DNA of 64,000 nucleotides, from positions 8,074 to 72,073 of IMG/VR virus record IMGVR_UViG_3300009370_000014. One strand, given 5' to 3'. Position 1 is the first letter of the stretch, and each line of letters starts with the position of its first letter. The position numbers were made by a program, and so were the translations under genes. This document shows, piece after piece, positions 30,290 through 40,662 of this stretch. The notes under the pieces were generated by a model. The model ran no database searches. It saw nothing but the letters and a program-made list of their open reading frames with translations, and had not been told where the DNA came from. The DNA is from a virus.

Positions 30290-30846
30290 GAGTGAACATC
30301 ACCTACACCTCTTATCATGCTCCCCCTGTAAGAACTTTATTTCCTCTACCAGGTCAACCAGTTCTTCCAGAGGCATTGTTACTGCCTCTGTTTCCCAGTC
30401 TATTTTGCGATGCTCTGAGTCTGGAATAGTGTCTCTTTTAAGGCAGACAGCACACCTACTCTTTCCCGTAGTTATCATTAATACTACCACAGCCCCACAC
30501 ACGAAACTTAGGATTTTTCCCATTTATTCTTTTCCTATCTATTAATACTTAAGCCAAAACCCCTAAGGGGTTGATTCCCGGCCAGTACTCTATTTAATAA
30601 GGCATGGCGGGTACGACAGGTACGACGTAAGAGCGAGTTTTAGTAAAAAACTCACTTTTTTAAAATGAGATTATTCAAATAAGTCCTCCTAAGACTTCAT
30701 CACCTTTGCTGCGGCTATCAACCCTTTAAAGGTGACTACTTCTTTTTATGAAATTGTACGTATTACCCACGAACCGTTCTAGGCAATTAGGTTGAGTCGA
30801 GAGGTTTTATTATTTTTCTCCCACTATTACCATCTCACGTACATAT

Positions 30847-30856
30847 TACTTATAAC
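30847..30856 (-). promoter_or_regulatory. putative phage promoter motif GTTATAAGTA
   Basis: Recurrent intergenic 10-mer upstream of a structured non-coding stretch and the tRNA cluster. Confidence 0.5.
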
Positions 30857-31193
30857 TCAAAAGAGCTATAGTTTAGGTTCGTTTGGTTTACGGAGCGACT
30901 TCTATCTTTTCTGCCCTCGTACATATGAGCGAAGTCCTGTTAATACTTGATATCCAATTTGAGGAGCTCTAGTGCAGCCTCGAGTTCGAGGCACACGAGT
31001 TTCTAACTCGCAGCTAGTGCATAATCCTATTTCTCTACGATAGGAGGAAATACAGCACTCACATTTTTTACATTTAATTTCAGGGTTAAGATTATGAGTA
31101 GTCATCTTTCTCTCCTTAAAATTTAGTTTTCTAATTAATAAAAATAAGTATAGTGGGATTCGAACCCACACTCCCATACGAGAAGCAGATTTT

Positions 31194-31872
31194 CTTACTA
31201 ACTACAGTTTTCACTGCCAAGCGGTTAACTTGTTTGTAGTCTGGACTTTCTCTTTACCTTATAATAAGATTCACTTAGGTATTTTACGTAAAGTCTCTAC
31301 ACTCAAAGGAAATTAACATGAAGTTTAGAAAATATTCGGAAAACCAATTGAGAAACGCTGTAAAAGAAAGCGAGTCTATTAGATCCGTACTGTCTAAACT
31401 TAATCTCAAACAAGCCGGAGGAAACTACAGAACTTTTAATAAAGCTGTAGCTTACTTAGACTTAGACATCTCACATTTCAAAGGTCAGGGATGGAATAAA
31501 GGACAAAACTTTGGACCCAAAAGACCTTTAAGTGACTACCTAGACAAGGGAATCCCTATCCAATCCAGTAAATTACGTAAGAGACTTATTCAAGAAGATA
31601 TTTTCTGTCATAAGTGTTATAGATGTAACTTAACTGAATGGCAAGAACATCCTATTCCTTTGGAGCTAGATCATATCAATGGAGAACATTTAGATAATAG
31701 ATTAGAAAATCTAAGACTATTATGTCCAAATTGTCATGCCCAAACTCCTACTTATCGAGGTAAGAATATTAAATTTCCTCTTAGCTCGGGATTGCCATCA
31801 GCTTTACCTGGTAAGGTTTCCCCGAATTAGTAAAATCCATTTTCTTTATTTCTAAAGAAAAGCTCAATTTTC
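31194..31872 (-). mobile_element. group I intron (IC3 / trnL-UAA-like) in the anticodon loop
   Basis: Core-like segments aattcggggaaacc, ggcaatcccgagc, gtgtagagact, aagagaaagtcc; follows exon U and ends in G. Confidence 0.88.
31318..31830 (+). CDS. HNH homing endonuclease, antisense within the intron
   Basis: CYRC...LELDHINGEHLDNRLENLRLLCPNCH; AAGGA RBS. Confidence 0.92.
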   Translation: MKFRKYSENQLRNAVKESESIRSVLSKLNLKQAGGNYRTFNKAVAYLDLDISHFKGQGWNKGQNFGPKRPLSDYLDKGIPIQSSKLRKRLIQEDIFCHKCYRCNLTEWQEHPIPLELDHINGEHLDNRLENLRLLCPNCHAQTPTYRGKNIKFPLSSGLPSALPGKVSPN

Positions 31873-31976
31873 AAGTCTGCTGCGTCTACCAATTCCGCCA
31901 TATACTCTTAAGATATCCATCACCTTAACTTTAATAGGATTCTCTTCTTATAAAGTTAAAAGTGATGGAATCCTAT

Positions 31977-31986
31977 TACTTATAAC
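31977..31986 (-). promoter_or_regulatory. putative phage promoter motif GTTATAAGTA
   Basis: Recurrent 10-mer 70 bp upstream of tRNA-Leu. Confidence 0.5.
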
Positions 31987-33072
31987 GCATAAGAATCCTT
32001 ATTTAATTTTTAGATCCAGGCTGTACCTTAATAAGGGTTAGTAGCCTTACAGACTTATCCTTATAAAGTTCCTTAATAGTTCCATGAAGAGTTTGGCCCT
32101 CTTCATTTAAGTCATTAAATGTACCATACCAATATCGTTTTGAGATGACATCAAAGCCTGTCCAGTCAATAATTCCAAGAGGGAGTATACATACATAATC
32201 CACTGTTAACAGATCTTGATTATCAGCCATAATAACAGCTTCCTCAAACATATATTTACTCATAAAAACACCTAAAGGTGAGCCTGAGAGATCATCTCCC
32301 ATAAGCTCACCTTTTGGATATTTAAGATTTAAAGGAAATTCATCCCACAAATCTACTTCATCTTCTGATAAAACAACCAAACAAACTACAGTTAAACCTT
32401 CTTCAGTATCCTCCCACTGACCATAGCATTCAGTAGGAAAGGTAACTAATCCTTCCTCCAAAAACATAGCTTCGACCACCAGCTTCTTTTTTTAGATTCT
32501 AAGAATTTAGTACTTTCTAGAAAATCAACTTCATGAACGATTCTTCCAAATTGATCTAAGTAAGTAATCATGCGAAATTCTCCCTCAGCAATCTGCTTAG
32601 GTTTCGAATGATGTACTCCTCCAGGTCTGAACACTTTAATGAGATTCATATTTATCTTAGATCTACTCACGAAAATATCAGGTCCATATTCATTTCTAAG
32701 GTAGTCATCTTGATCTACATTAGACTCCAATAGAGATAAATCATTTTCATCAAAATCCATTAACTCTCCGATACTGTAACAGGAAGAGTTGCATTATCTT
32801 TAGGTTTTTTAGATTTTCTGATCTTCTTGATTGGTTCTTTTACCTCTGCAGGAATATCTTCTTTTTTCTCTCCAGTTAGGTGATCTGCTATTCGCTCTAC
32901 TGATTCAACTAAGCGTTCAGATAGTTTAGCAATACCTTCAAGGATTTTCCACTCATGTGTTCTCATATAGATCTTTCTATTAAATTTACCACTATTATTA
33001 GATGTGGTGGATTATTTTTATCAATATTGTTTTAGAATATTCTACTTCAAAACTAGAAATAGAAGTTCTACG

Positions 33073-33468
33073 TTACCTAGAGTATTGTAAATTCTTTTTA
33101 GCAAATCTAAATGTTCTATGATCACCAAAAGAAACGGCTCCAGGACGTAACTTGATATTCTTTTCTTTACGTTCTTTAGGAGTAATAACACCCCATTTTT
33201 CTAAATGAACGCTGAAAGAATCAGTATATGCTTTGTTGTCAGGAAATACAGTCATTACTGAATTAGTAGGTAGAGAACATATTTCCCCGACCCCTACAAT
33301 ACTTCCTTGATGGGTAAATATAACCCGATCTCCAGGAGTTCCGGTTTTATTTAACAGATTATAAGGAAATTTTCCGTGAGGAAAACTCCAGATGTTAGTA
33401 TCACGTAAGGCTGCCATATTTTTAACATCACCTACTGCGAATTTATATACATTAATTTTACGAGTCAT
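33073..33468 (-). CDS. EVE/PUA-like domain protein
   Basis: IWSF...PGDRVIFTHQGSIVGVGEI. Confidence 0.45.
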   Translation of the reverse strand: MTRKINVYKFAVGDVKNMAALRDTNIWSFPHGKFPYNLLNKTGTPGDRVIFTHQGSIVGVGEICSLPTNSVMTVFPDNKAYTDSFSVHLEKWGVITPKERKEKNIKLRPGAVSFGDHRTFRFAKKNLQYSR

Positions 33469-33724
33469 TCTCGATTACCTTTTTTCGAATTGTTGCTAGA
33501 TGAATACTCTTTCTTTTACAGAGTTCATCTTCATCCGAATATAACATTTGATTAATAGCAGACTTCAATTGAAGTAAGTCTTCAGCATCAGAAATTAAAT
33601 CTAGAAACCACAAGGGCACTGAGATTCTAGTCTGACAATCCGAGTCTCTGTCTGTGCTTAGACTCAGAATTTTTATAGAGTAATTATCCATATTATAAAT
33701 CCTAGTAACGCATAGTAACAAGCA

Positions 33725-34597
33725 TTAGCTTCCTAATGCACCTAAAAGATCAATAAGTTCCTGTTGGCTTTTACCTTCAAATTTTTCTTTAAGATCCCTA
33801 GAAATTTCCTCAAGCTTTTCCCTAGTTTCATTATCAATACTAGACAAATCAGTGAAAAACTTGTGCTTGTAATGTTGGAAAGCTCTACCTAAGGCTCTAA
33901 GGTTCCCTTCCTTCCGAATGTATTCATCTCCCACAGCACAGGCACTAATGCCTCGAGCAATTGGTTGAGGACGAGTACCTGCATCTAACATTACTCTCTT
34001 TTGCACACCTTCTATATCTTTTGAAACAAACTTAGGAGGATCTCTCCGCCATTCTTTCTCATCATATATAATACATTCAGTTACATGATTAGCTAGAGTG
34101 TTATGCTTTAAATCTTTACGGGAGATATTTCTTCGCTTCCATATACTATAATTATCTCTAAAGTCAGATAAAGCAGACTTAACGCCCTCTTTTGTATGTA
34201 AGAAAGCCCTGCCTCCTTTAGCTCCTGAGACAACCTTATAGCTCTTTTTTCCTGTCACTTTATCAGTAACAGCATACTGAGCATAACTTGGAATTAGGAA
34301 GTTAAACTTTTTAGTTTCAAATTCGTAAGTATCCATATCGGGTCTAAGATCCCAATTAGGCTTACCTTCGCTAGTCTTAGCATTGATATTCTTATCAACT
34401 AAATAGAGATGAGGTGCTTTATGTTGGATAAATCTTACCCTAATTTTTCGGTTAACAGTTCCTGATCCTGAAATATCATATGTCTGTATAGGGTGATTAT
34501 TACCTAGACTATCTGTTACGGTATTCCTAACAATTTTCATATCGTCAGAATTCCTCTCTTTGAAGATACATTTAGTGCTTTTACTAGGTATGGCCAT
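33725..34597 (-). CDS. hypothetical phage protein
   Basis: 290 aa; GISACAVGDEY..KEG..RALGRA motif. Confidence 0.55.
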   Translation of the reverse strand: MAIPSKSTKCIFKERNSDDMKIVRNTVTDSLGNNHPIQTYDISGSGTVNRKIRVRFIQHKAPHLYLVDKNINAKTSEGKPNWDLRPDMDTYEFETKKFNFLIPSYAQYAVTDKVTGKKSYKVVSGAKGGRAFLHTKEGVKSALSDFRDNYSIWKRRNISRKDLKHNTLANHVTECIIYDEKEWRRDPPKFVSKDIEGVQKRVMLDAGTRPQPIARGISACAVGDEYIRKEGNLRALGRAFQHYKHKFFTDLSSIDNETREKLEEISRDLKEKFEGKSQQELIDLLGALGS

Positions 34598-35208
34598 GAT
34601 TTAGTAAGATCTAGATAATATTTTTGTTTCTTTGGATCACAAAGTTTAAACAGATAATCATGAATCCACTTACCGTAGACTACATCGTATACGCAATATT
34701 TTCTCATCTCCATGGACCATTCAGAATAAGGTAAGTGCCAAGGCGAAATACTTAGCATTCCTTTTGGTAGTTCTAAACCACAGATGCTCTTCACTAAATC
34801 TGTATACCTATTATTAGATCTACCTAATAACTTGGACAGAGCCTTCGTACATTTGATAGTACTAGGTACTATACCATAGTGGTCATATATAGCTGGAGCA
34901 TCAAAAGCAGCATGGTGAATATACGTAATAACATCTGGATTCTCTACTAGGTTTTTAAAAACATCCAAGTTAGATTCACGATCTACCTTACATATCACTG
35001 CTTTAGTAAATCTACCATCAGCTAATGGAGAATAGCCCATACTGATAATATTAATATCGTCTTGTTCATCTTTACAATGATACTCTCCAAAGTTTAATCC
35101 TGTACTTTCTATATCTAGATGAACTTCTAATCCAAAATTTATTTCTTTAGGAAGATCATCATGCACAAAAGTTGTTTCAATCTCTGGAAAATTTTCATAT
35201 ATACTCAT
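34537..35208 (-). CDS. DEDDy 3'-5' exonuclease (RNase D / PolA-exo-like)
   Basis: ExoI LDIESTG, ExoII HHAAFD, ExoIII YCVYDV. Confidence 0.85.
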   Translation of the reverse strand: MSIYENFPEIETTFVHDDLPKEINFGLEVHLDIESTGLNFGEYHCKDEQDDINIISMGYSPLADGRFTKAVICKVDRESNLDVFKNLVENPDVITYIHHAAFDAPAIYDHYGIVPSTIKCTKALSKLLGRSNNRYTDLVKSICGLELPKGMLSISPWHLPYSEWSMEMRKYCVYDVVYGKWIHDYLFKLCDPKKQKYYLDLTKSWPYLVKALNVSSKRGILTI

Positions 35209-35909
35209 TTATAGATTTCTCCTTTATTTTCAATAAAATATTTTTAGAAGATGTATATCTATATGACTCTATATAAACATCTAAATTATTAATTTTACTC
35301 AAGTTATTTAAGGCTCTTTTCCAAAAAAGTTGAGACATATTAAGACAATCATTTTCTATACGACAAGTATTAGAAGAACCGTGGGATACTGAAAAATAAC
35401 CATAATCTTCTAAAAAATCCCATATCACTTTCCAGCCACAAAAAGGATCTTTTTTACCTGACCTAACTTCACTTAAACCTAAGACTTTAAACTCAGGTAT
35501 TAACTTAAACAGCTTCTGTTCACTGTTACCATGCTTCTTTAAATGAAAAGGTATCCCAAAGTCTATAAAGAATTCTTTAAATCTTCTCATTTCACTAGAA
35601 CTTTTTCTTCTATCAACTATCAACTTTCTTCCTTTTTTATATTTTTTACTGAAGAACAAAAGTAAGGGATAATGTTTGTAGAGTATTAAACCAGATGGTT
35701 TTTTACTAACCATAGAAGTGCTCAAAATTTTTACTCTATCTTCTATTTCTCCTTTAGAAAAATAAAAAGATAGGTTTTTTGAAAGATAATCTGTATCAGC
35801 TGCTTTACTAGGATAAGCTTTCTGTAGGTAGAGCAGTCTATCTATTACAGCTTCATCAACAATCATGGATTTTCCATTCCTTCCATGGTATGATTTATAA
35901 GAGGATATT

Positions 35910-36647
35910 ATGATCTATACCAGAGAATATAGCTTGCCGGGTCTTGTGACCTCACTTTGTTGTACCATTCGTGACAATCTGTCTAAAATCTTGCTCCCAA
36001 TAGAGGATGCAGGGACAGTAACTATAACTGCTAAGTGTGGTACGGTAATCGCCACTTTAGACCCTTCTGTATACAGGACAGGTAGACTATTTGTAGAGTG
36101 GGACGTTCCTCAAGATTTAAAACCAGGAGTTTACACTGAAGAATGGACTAACATACTATTAACAGATGGTAGAACCTTAGACAGAACATATAAGATATGG
36201 GTCTCTGATGAACCTTACTGTTTTGAGCAAATACCAATACCTGAGCTCGATATTAGGATAAACAAAATTACATTATATAAACCTACCGTAGAACCTGTAA
36301 TATTCACAATGGATAATCCAAAATTTATTATTTTTCCTAAAACTGAAGCACGATTATTTAGATCTACAACTATACCTGTTTCTATGAAAGTAACTGTAAC
36401 AGAAGGAGGTCCTGGATTTAATATACCTGTACAATTTAACTCCTTTGATGAGCCTGTACTGATAGTAGATAAAGATATAACTGCTACTACAGAATTCTTC
36501 TCTTTAACTTCCTGGGAGGATAAAGCTTATTTTCTATTAGACACAACTGACTTAATCGCTACCACATATAGAGTTCAATTAAGAATTTACTTAGGTGAAT
36601 TCCAATATGTTGAGAGACACTTTTCATTCGAATTAAAGGAGTTTTAA
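35910..36647 (+). CDS. hypothetical beta-rich protein, possibly virion-associated
   Basis: 245 aa on the minority strand; extended -10 TGgTATGAT at 35886-35894; GAGGA RBS. Confidence 0.55.
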   Translation: MIYTREYSLPGLVTSLCCTIRDNLSKILLPIEDAGTVTITAKCGTVIATLDPSVYRTGRLFVEWDVPQDLKPGVYTEEWTNILLTDGRTLDRTYKIWVSDEPYCFEQIPIPELDIRINKITLYKPTVEPVIFTMDNPKFIIFPKTEARLFRSTTIPVSMKVTVTEGGPGFNIPVQFNSFDEPVLIVDKDITATTEFFSLTSWEDKAYFLLDTTDLIATTYRVQLRIYLGEFQYVERHFSFELKEF

Positions 36648-36648
36648 A

Positions 36649-37041
36649 ATGGCTTTAACTTGTGACCCTGCCTCTCTAGAAATTAAATTTAATACGATAT
36701 GTGAAGATGATCAATTTTGCTTAGAAATTTCAGTCATCGTGAATACAAATATAGACCCTGAAATATTTGTACATCGGCAAACTCCTGAAACAGGGCCTAC
36801 AGGTTGCCCTTTAGATCACTTCTGTGCTGTAGCAAACTCTGCCCAAATGAAGGACCTTCCAGTAGGTCCACCAGGAGATCCCTTTTATAGGAAAAGAGAA
36901 GCTAAGGCCTGCTTTAGCTCCAACAAAGAACTATGTGATGCCAAGGCTTTACTTGCTGATCAGATAGACAGTCTTCTTAACTCTTGGAATAAACTTCTTC
37001 TTCTTGCTGACTATGACATTGTTCTTTTTCCAAGATCTTAA
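36649..37041 (+). CDS. hypothetical protein, co-transcribed with 35910-36647
   Basis: 130 aa; AAGGAG RBS; starts 1 bp after upstream stop. Confidence 0.55.
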   Translation: MALTCDPASLEIKFNTICEDDQFCLEISVIVNTNIDPEIFVHRQTPETGPTGCPLDHFCAVANSAQMKDLPVGPPGDPFYRKREAKACFSSNKELCDAKALLADQIDSLLNSWNKLLLLADYDIVLFPRS

Positions 37042-38442
37042 ATCCTTGGCTAACCGCAACTTCTTCCGGTAAAATATCTAACTCATTCATTGCATACATC
37101 ATCATCAAAAGATATTTATCAACTCTAACTTTAATAGATACCATACAATTTTGAATTCTAGTCAATTCAAACTGCGTTAGGCCTATGCACCTAGCAAATT
37201 TTATATCACTATGGGGTCTTCTACAGGTCCCGTATGCAGTTATAGTTTCTACGTTAGATTTAACATTAGAAAGAAAACTATCTTCAGAGCCTTCCTCTGT
37301 ATAATAACCTTCTTTAAATAAGTCACATGAAGGAAAATTTGGAAAATAATTTTGAAGCTGGTCAGGACTAAATTCCTTCTTAAAATAACTTTTTAATATT
37401 TCATACATTCCTTTCCAGTTTTCCTCTAAGAATAGAGCACATACTTTATTAAAATTGTATGTCACATGGCCATAGTAGAATACAGAGTTACGCATAAGGT
37501 AATCTCTTTGGGGTTCCTTCCATGTGTATATATGACTAGTTCCAGCAGGTGCTGAGTTCAGATCAAAAGTTCTTAATTTAGGTAAGTTTGAGATATTAAA
37601 AAAATAAGAGTATACCTCCTCCACCTTTCCTTCAAAATGAGACAATATAGCCTCGTACCATCTCCCTCTAGACACAATAAACTTTCTTTTAGAAAGATAG
37701 AGAGTAAATGGTTCTATGTCTGTACCCATTGGGTTACTAAGAGATTCAAATATTGATACAGACGCAAACCTCTCAAGATATTTTTTTGTATTCATTACAT
37801 CCTTCAATAATCATATGATATACAGTATTAAAATAGAGAAGCTTAGTATAATATTTATCAAGTTCATTTATCTCTACACTAGATACAAAAAACACTTTCT
37901 CTAATAATTCTGGACTCATACCTTTATCAGTGAAAAATTGAGTATTAGAACTGTCTATTCTCAATTTACTAGTTACGCTAAGATTAATATTATCGTGGAA
38001 CTTTACTTTTTTAGCCAACATTCCTGCATACCTGGAACTCCAGTTAGGTATCATTGACCTAGGAACCTTGAAAGTAAAGACATTCTGGCCCTTACTAAAT
38101 AAACTAAATTCCTTAAGGATATCCTCGCACTTATTAGCTAAAAACTTTTTAGAGTGACTTACCAAAACATGATGAACATACCCTAGATATAAGTATACAT
38201 TACTCATCATTTCATAGTAGAGATTCTTAGCAAGAAATTTAGCGTGAGTAGGAGGAAGAGGCTTTGTATCACTTTTAGGCAAGTCTATATATTCTAATGG
38301 AATATTGAATTCGCCCAAAATCTTTCCTCCATACTCCCAGATACCAGGACCGTATAATTTATGGTACGTCCGTCTTGGGATATACAATAACCTGGAAGGA
38401 GGTGCGCTCGGAGGGCCACTATCATAGAACTTCATTACCTCT

Positions 38443-38769
38443 TTAGTTATCACTTTTTTTATGTCTTCTAGCATTTAGTAGATCCTGACTAGAATGAAAC
38501 ATATTAGCTAGACGATGAATACTAAATACTAATATGGGTATAAGGAATAAATAGGAAGAATATTTTAAGTATAATACTAATAGTATAGTGTTGAAACCAG
38601 CAACCCAAACACTTAAACAGTAGGGGCAGGTTAGCAACCTAGAGAAGAAATCATCTCTAAGTGCTAACTTGGACATCAAAGGAGCAAATATATCAGACTT
38701 AGTAATTATCTCGGTTATTGCTTCAGTAGTAATAGCTCCTAAAACTATCAATAAAACTAGCTCAAACAC
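38443..38769 (-). CDS. small membrane protein, DUF1360-like
   Basis: TM segments and LLTCPYCLSVW. Confidence 0.6.
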   Translation of the reverse strand: MFELVLLIVLGAITTEAITEIITKSDIFAPLMSKLALRDDFFSRLLTCPYCLSVWVAGFNTILLVLYLKYSSYLFLIPILVFSIHRLANMFHSSQDLLNARRHKKSDN

Positions 38770-39283
38770 CAGTAGACCCGAAGCCGTTTTCTCCTCTTTC
38801 AGATTCTACAAGTTCAGGAACAATTTCTAACCTAGTTTTAGGAACTTTACGAAAAGCTATTTGAGCAATTCTCATTCCATCCTTAATAATCACAGACTGT
38901 TCATTTTTAGCAGGGTACATAAAACTTTCATTTCTTTTAATCAGTTTAGGTAAGCTTAGTACTACTTTAACTTCTCCTCTATAGCCTGAATCTATAGTTC
39001 CAGGAGAGTTAGCAACAGTAAGGCCTACTTTACTAGCCAGTCCCGATCTGGGACGGATAATCGCTTCCCAATCAGTAGGCAGTTGTAAGCTAACTCCAGT
39101 TTCCACTGTTTTGATTTCTCCAGGAACTATTTCAATCTCATGCTCTAACCTAGCTGTAAGATCATAACAAGCATCTCCAGTATGAGCTTTTATTGGTGTA
39201 TATTTTTCATCTTTGACTTTAATTTTTATCGTTTGTGCTCTTACCATTAGTCTCCCAATGCTCTCTATTAAAAATGACTCCAT
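38762..39283 (-). CDS. dut: trimeric dUTPase
   Basis: ACYDL, RPRSG, NSPGTIDSGYRGE, RIAQ, RGENGFGSTG; start probably 39247. Confidence 0.95.
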   Translation of the reverse strand: MESFLIESIGRLMVRAQTIKIKVKDEKYTPIKAHTGDACYDLTARLEHEIEIVPGEIKTVETGVSLQLPTDWEAIIRPRSGLASKVGLTVANSPGTIDSGYRGEVKVVLSLPKLIKRNESFMYPAKNEQSVIIKDGMRIAQIAFRKVPKTRLEIVPELVESERGENGFGSTGV

Positions 39284-40169
39284 CTAGAGTCGATGTAAAT
39301 AACTTATTTTCATCCTTAGCTTTTTCCAACTTATAAAGTCTTATCGTAGCATCTCTAGCATTTCGAAAAACTATTGCTTCGGGAGTTAGTAAGTTTTCAT
39401 TAAAACAAGTATGAATAATTTCTTTAAAAGTATACATGTCAATAGATTTACCTTCTCGAAAAGCCTGGTTCTTTAAATTTTCCAAAACTAAGGTACTCTC
39501 TATTTTCATATTACTTAAATAATATGTCTCAGTGGGTTTCATTCTTTGGAAAGAAGCGACACTTCCTAGATGATGAAATAGTATCAACGCAACCACGATC
39601 TCTCTATTAACCTTGGAAAATCCGGAAGATATATCAAACATGCTTCGTAGGTACTGCACCAATCCTGATTTGCCATAGTAGTAATCCTTATACGCAGGAA
39701 CGTTATAAAAATTAGAATCCTCCTCAATAGAATTCTTTAAAAACTTTTCTCTAAAAACAGAAACAAGACTCTTTAAAGTCTCATTCTTAAAGGGGTAGTC
39801 TATTACAGGAGAGATCTCCTCTAAAGGATCTATTCCTACTTGAGCAGCAAATAATTCGTCTCCCCCATAAGCACTTTTAATATAATGAGAAATACTCCAT
39901 TGAGAACCCCACTTACCTTTATCTTGAATCTCCATCCACATTTGAACAAAATCATCTTCATTCAAGTCTTCATGAGGGGACCATATCTTAACCTCACTAG
40001 TGCCATATTTGTTGTTTAACCAGGCAGAATAATATTTTTTATTAGTACGAGTGACTCCTACCTCTATCTTCTTAACTAAAAAGACTTCCCCCTTTATTTT
40101 CTTTCCAGGAGTAAGGATAGCTAGGTTAGTCTCATGAATCTTTTCAGTCATATAAAGTCCTTGCTTCAT
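39219..40169 (-). CDS. YhaM-like OB-fold + degenerate HD protein
   Basis: N-terminal OB fold (KKYYSAWL..KYGTSEVKIW); PA..YYYGKSGLVQY; LFHHLG in place of LHDxG. Confidence 0.55.
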   Translation of the reverse strand: MKQGLYMTEKIHETNLAILTPGKKIKGEVFLVKKIEVGVTRTNKKYYSAWLNNKYGTSEVKIWSPHEDLNEDDFVQMWMEIQDKGKWGSQWSISHYIKSAYGGDELFAAQVGIDPLEEISPVIDYPFKNETLKSLVSVFREKFLKNSIEEDSNFYNVPAYKDYYYGKSGLVQYLRSMFDISSGFSKVNREIVVALILFHHLGSVASFQRMKPTETYYLSNMKIESTLVLENLKNQAFREGKSIDMYTFKEIIHTCFNENLLTPEAIVFRNARDATIRLYKLEKAKDENKLFTSTLDGVIFNREHWETNGKSTNDKN

Positions 40170-40662
40170 GACTAAACTCAGAGTACTGAGGATACTCTTC
40201 TTCTATAGTCCTTTTTAGAGCCTCATACTCTAAAGGAGTGAGTCTCTTACGAGCTTCTTCTGCAATGTCATCTGAAGCATCATCTAAGTATTCTTCTAGA
40301 TCTTGATAAACTGGAATACTAGATTTCTGCAAACCTTCTATATAATGTTCTGTAACTTGGTTAGCTAAGTCCTCATTAAAAGTACACATATTAATGCGTT
40401 TAGCTTTAGAATTCCAAACAACAAAGATAGTGGTTCTATCTATCTCATCAGCTCTATCCAAGTCAGTAATTTCATGTAAATGCTCAGCCATATCGAGTTT
40501 CTCTCATTCCTTTGATTCTCAAAAGATTATAAGTAAATTCGCCAAATTCCGTAACCTTATTAATAGTAGTTAAGATTTTTTAGAAGAAATAATATATATA
40601 AACTCTGCGCTAAGGTACCTTGCTTAGGCATATGAATAACATTTAATAACATATAAGTTTTA

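Larger units (their letters stand above)
31145..31907 (-). tRNA. trnL: tRNA-Leu(TAA) split by a group I intron (exons 31907-31873 and 31193-31145)
   Basis: 5' exon gagtatatggcggaattggtagacgcagcagactt; 3' exon aaaatctgc...gtgggttcgaatcccactatactta; spliced arm gcaga-ctTAAaa-tctgc. Confidence 0.9.

Noticed and set aside
30902-31177. ORF-track start at 31177
   Set aside because: First codons overlap the tRNA-Leu 3' exon; real start is probably MTTHN after the AAGGAG RBS.
35195-35866. LAGLIDADG-like motif (DFLEDYGYFS)
   Set aside because: Similarity too weak to call without a profile search.
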